Shown here piece by piece: positions 33,801-35,802 of a stretch of 35,802 nucleotides of DNA. Each line of letters begins with the position of its first letter. The stretch's first letter is position 1. The stretch lies in NCBI GenBank assembly GCA_008636045.1, contig SNRW01000045.1, positions 1 to 35,802 of the forward strand, written 5' to 3'. The translations under genes were made by a program, and so were the position numbers. The notes beneath the pieces were generated by a model that saw nothing but the letters and a program-made list of their open reading frames with translations, made no database searches and was not told the DNA's origin. The stretch comes from Streblomastix strix (lineage: Eukaryota).

Positions 33801-35767
33801 CCTTTTGAGTAGTTCTAACTCTGTGTATTCTCCTCTTCAATCACTTCTGCACGTTGTAGGATGATATCAGCTGTGTCATCATCATGATATATGTCCATAA
33901 GGAGACGTGCATAGTTACGAAGCACCGTTGCATTCATTGGTTATAGCACCATCAGTTCTTCATAGCACGATCGAGATTTCTGCTCAGATTCAACAATCTG
34001 TCTCAAATATGGATATATCATATCAAAGTTAGTATGTGCACTCGTCATATTCTCGAAGAAGTCTTTCATTCCTTATTTAGCACCTTCATGGAACTCTTCT
34101 GCTTATGCCATCTTCGTATTGAAAGTAAGTGTATTCATTCCATTCTTATTCTTTTTATCAGATCCACCGGATTATGAGTTATTATCTTTTGATATACAGT
34201 AGAGCACAAATCTCAATGGAAGACTTGGATGTGATTGTCTCGCTAATTTGTATATAGATTGTGCTTTGATCCAATTCTTCTTATATTGAATTAAGAAGTT
34301 TCCATATTGGAATTGTAGTTGAGCATTTCTTTTATGTCTTTTTAATCCTCTTGTATAAACATAGTCTGCATAATCTAAGTATCTTTTATCTCTGAATTCT
34401 TTGTGTTATAAGAATCTAAGCCAAGGTTCTACTGAATCTGGATCTTTGATTTTAGGGAATTGAATTGTTGCAGTTTATTTCGTTTGACTATCTTTAGTTG
34501 CATTATTTTAATTTGATTATTATTATTAATTATTATTTTCATTTTATTATTATTATTAAGTATCATTATTATTCTCAGTTTTAGGTTTCAATCCTTAAAC
34601 ATCAATCAATGGTTGTCCATCATCTGTTAATAGCCATCTTCTACTATCAACAAAATTCATAAGTAAATAAAATATAATACAAAGACTTATGCTTAACACA
34701 ATACTTGATATCAAGAATAGTATCTACGGAACAAATGAATGAGTAGCTTCTTCAACAGCATATCCAATCTCACCGCATAATCTCACACTAGCAAATACTA
34801 ACCATGGAATTGCTGATAAGTAGTTCGATGCAAATGAATAGTATGGAACATACAGGAATATTATAATAACTAATATTAATGAGAGACTAACTGTAACAAC
34901 ACCACGCCAGAATTGCCATGAATAGAGAAGTCGCATACTCAATACAATAAGCACAACAAATATAAGCTGAAGCGTCTCGTATTTTCCATTCGATTTGCTG
35001 AATAATCCTCCGTTCTTAGGATTGTGATTGAATATGAATAATACATTGATGATTGAATATACAATTAATACAAGAAGCATTATTATAGATAACAGCAATG
35101 ATACAATCTGATATGCATTTGTAAGACATTTCAATGTGATATCTCCACGCCATATAATTGTTTTAATGTTTTATCCATCTTCTCCAATACTTATTTCCGA
35201 ATAACAGTCAAATGAAGTGATTGCAGTTGAAACAATTGGAATAAATAATACTCGGATTACCAGAGATACAAGCCACCGCATTACATAGATTACCCATGGT
35301 TATGTTGTCACTATTTCTTTATACAATAATGCACAAACTCCATGCAGTGCAATGCAACCACCGATGATGATTAAGAATCCAACGGCCACAAATACTTCGT
35401 TCTTTCCTATTATAAGCCCAAGTGACGTGAGATTTATAAAATTCAGACCCTAAATAATATAAATATGTAAATAATTAATAGGAGAAAATAAATATAATTT
35501 GAAATTTGTGCAAACATAAGAAAGAGTAGTTTGCTACTCGGTTCCATGGTCAATTCGGAAGAACCCAAGTGTTACAAGCATTAAAAAGTTCAAAAACCAG
35601 AATATTAGTTGCATGCTCGCATGGCTGTGCTTCTCAAGAGGATAAAGTGGGAAAAGAAAACCATAAAGAATCTCCTGGCCTTTGCTCAGCTGATTTCCAC
35701 TTCCTCGTTGTCCAAGTGCAGCTGTGCTCCCTTGCGAGCTCACACTCTTTGTTTCATCCCCTGACAT
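27874..35767 (-). CDS. Large multi-pass membrane protein, TmcB/TmcC-like, multi-intron; 3' end uncertain
   Basis: ATG 35767; N-terminal transmembrane bundle; helical TPR-like region (YADYVYTRGLKRH...YEELMVLQPMNATVLRNYARLLMDIYHDD); further TM pairs and a long Q/P/K low-complexity linker; many GT-AG introns; TAA/TAG=Q throughout. Confidence 0.8.
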
Positions 35768-35802
35768 TTCTCTGAATAATTATTTAAAAATTAATTAAAT
35801 AA

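Overview
AT-rich eukaryotic DNA in which TAA/TAG read as Gln and only TGA stops, so the supplied standard-code ORF track is fragmented and partly misleading. The code, intron style and gene families suggest an oxymonad such as Streblomastix (inference). From 5' to 3' the window contains: the end of a host CxxC-repeat gene (2-2062); a decayed, right-truncated ~17.7 kb endogenous Polinton/Maverick-like virus (~2505-20250); an internally deleted pseudogene copy of a TmcB/TmcC-like membrane-protein gene; a nuclear RNase P RNA gene (23381-23641); an intron-containing F-box-like/SPRY-like gene; and the long TmcB/TmcC-like gene. The virus uses the host's code and encodes an OTU+HNH-containing protein-primed PolB, an rve integrase, putative minor and major capsid proteins, an A32 packaging ATPase, two phage-tail-fibre-like proteins and an adenovirus-pVI-like amphipathic peptide. 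It also carries about 20 GC-rich GNA/GNNA-loop DNA mini-hairpins, often paired and often in-frame within genes. All calls come from manual translation and motif recognition; no searches were run.
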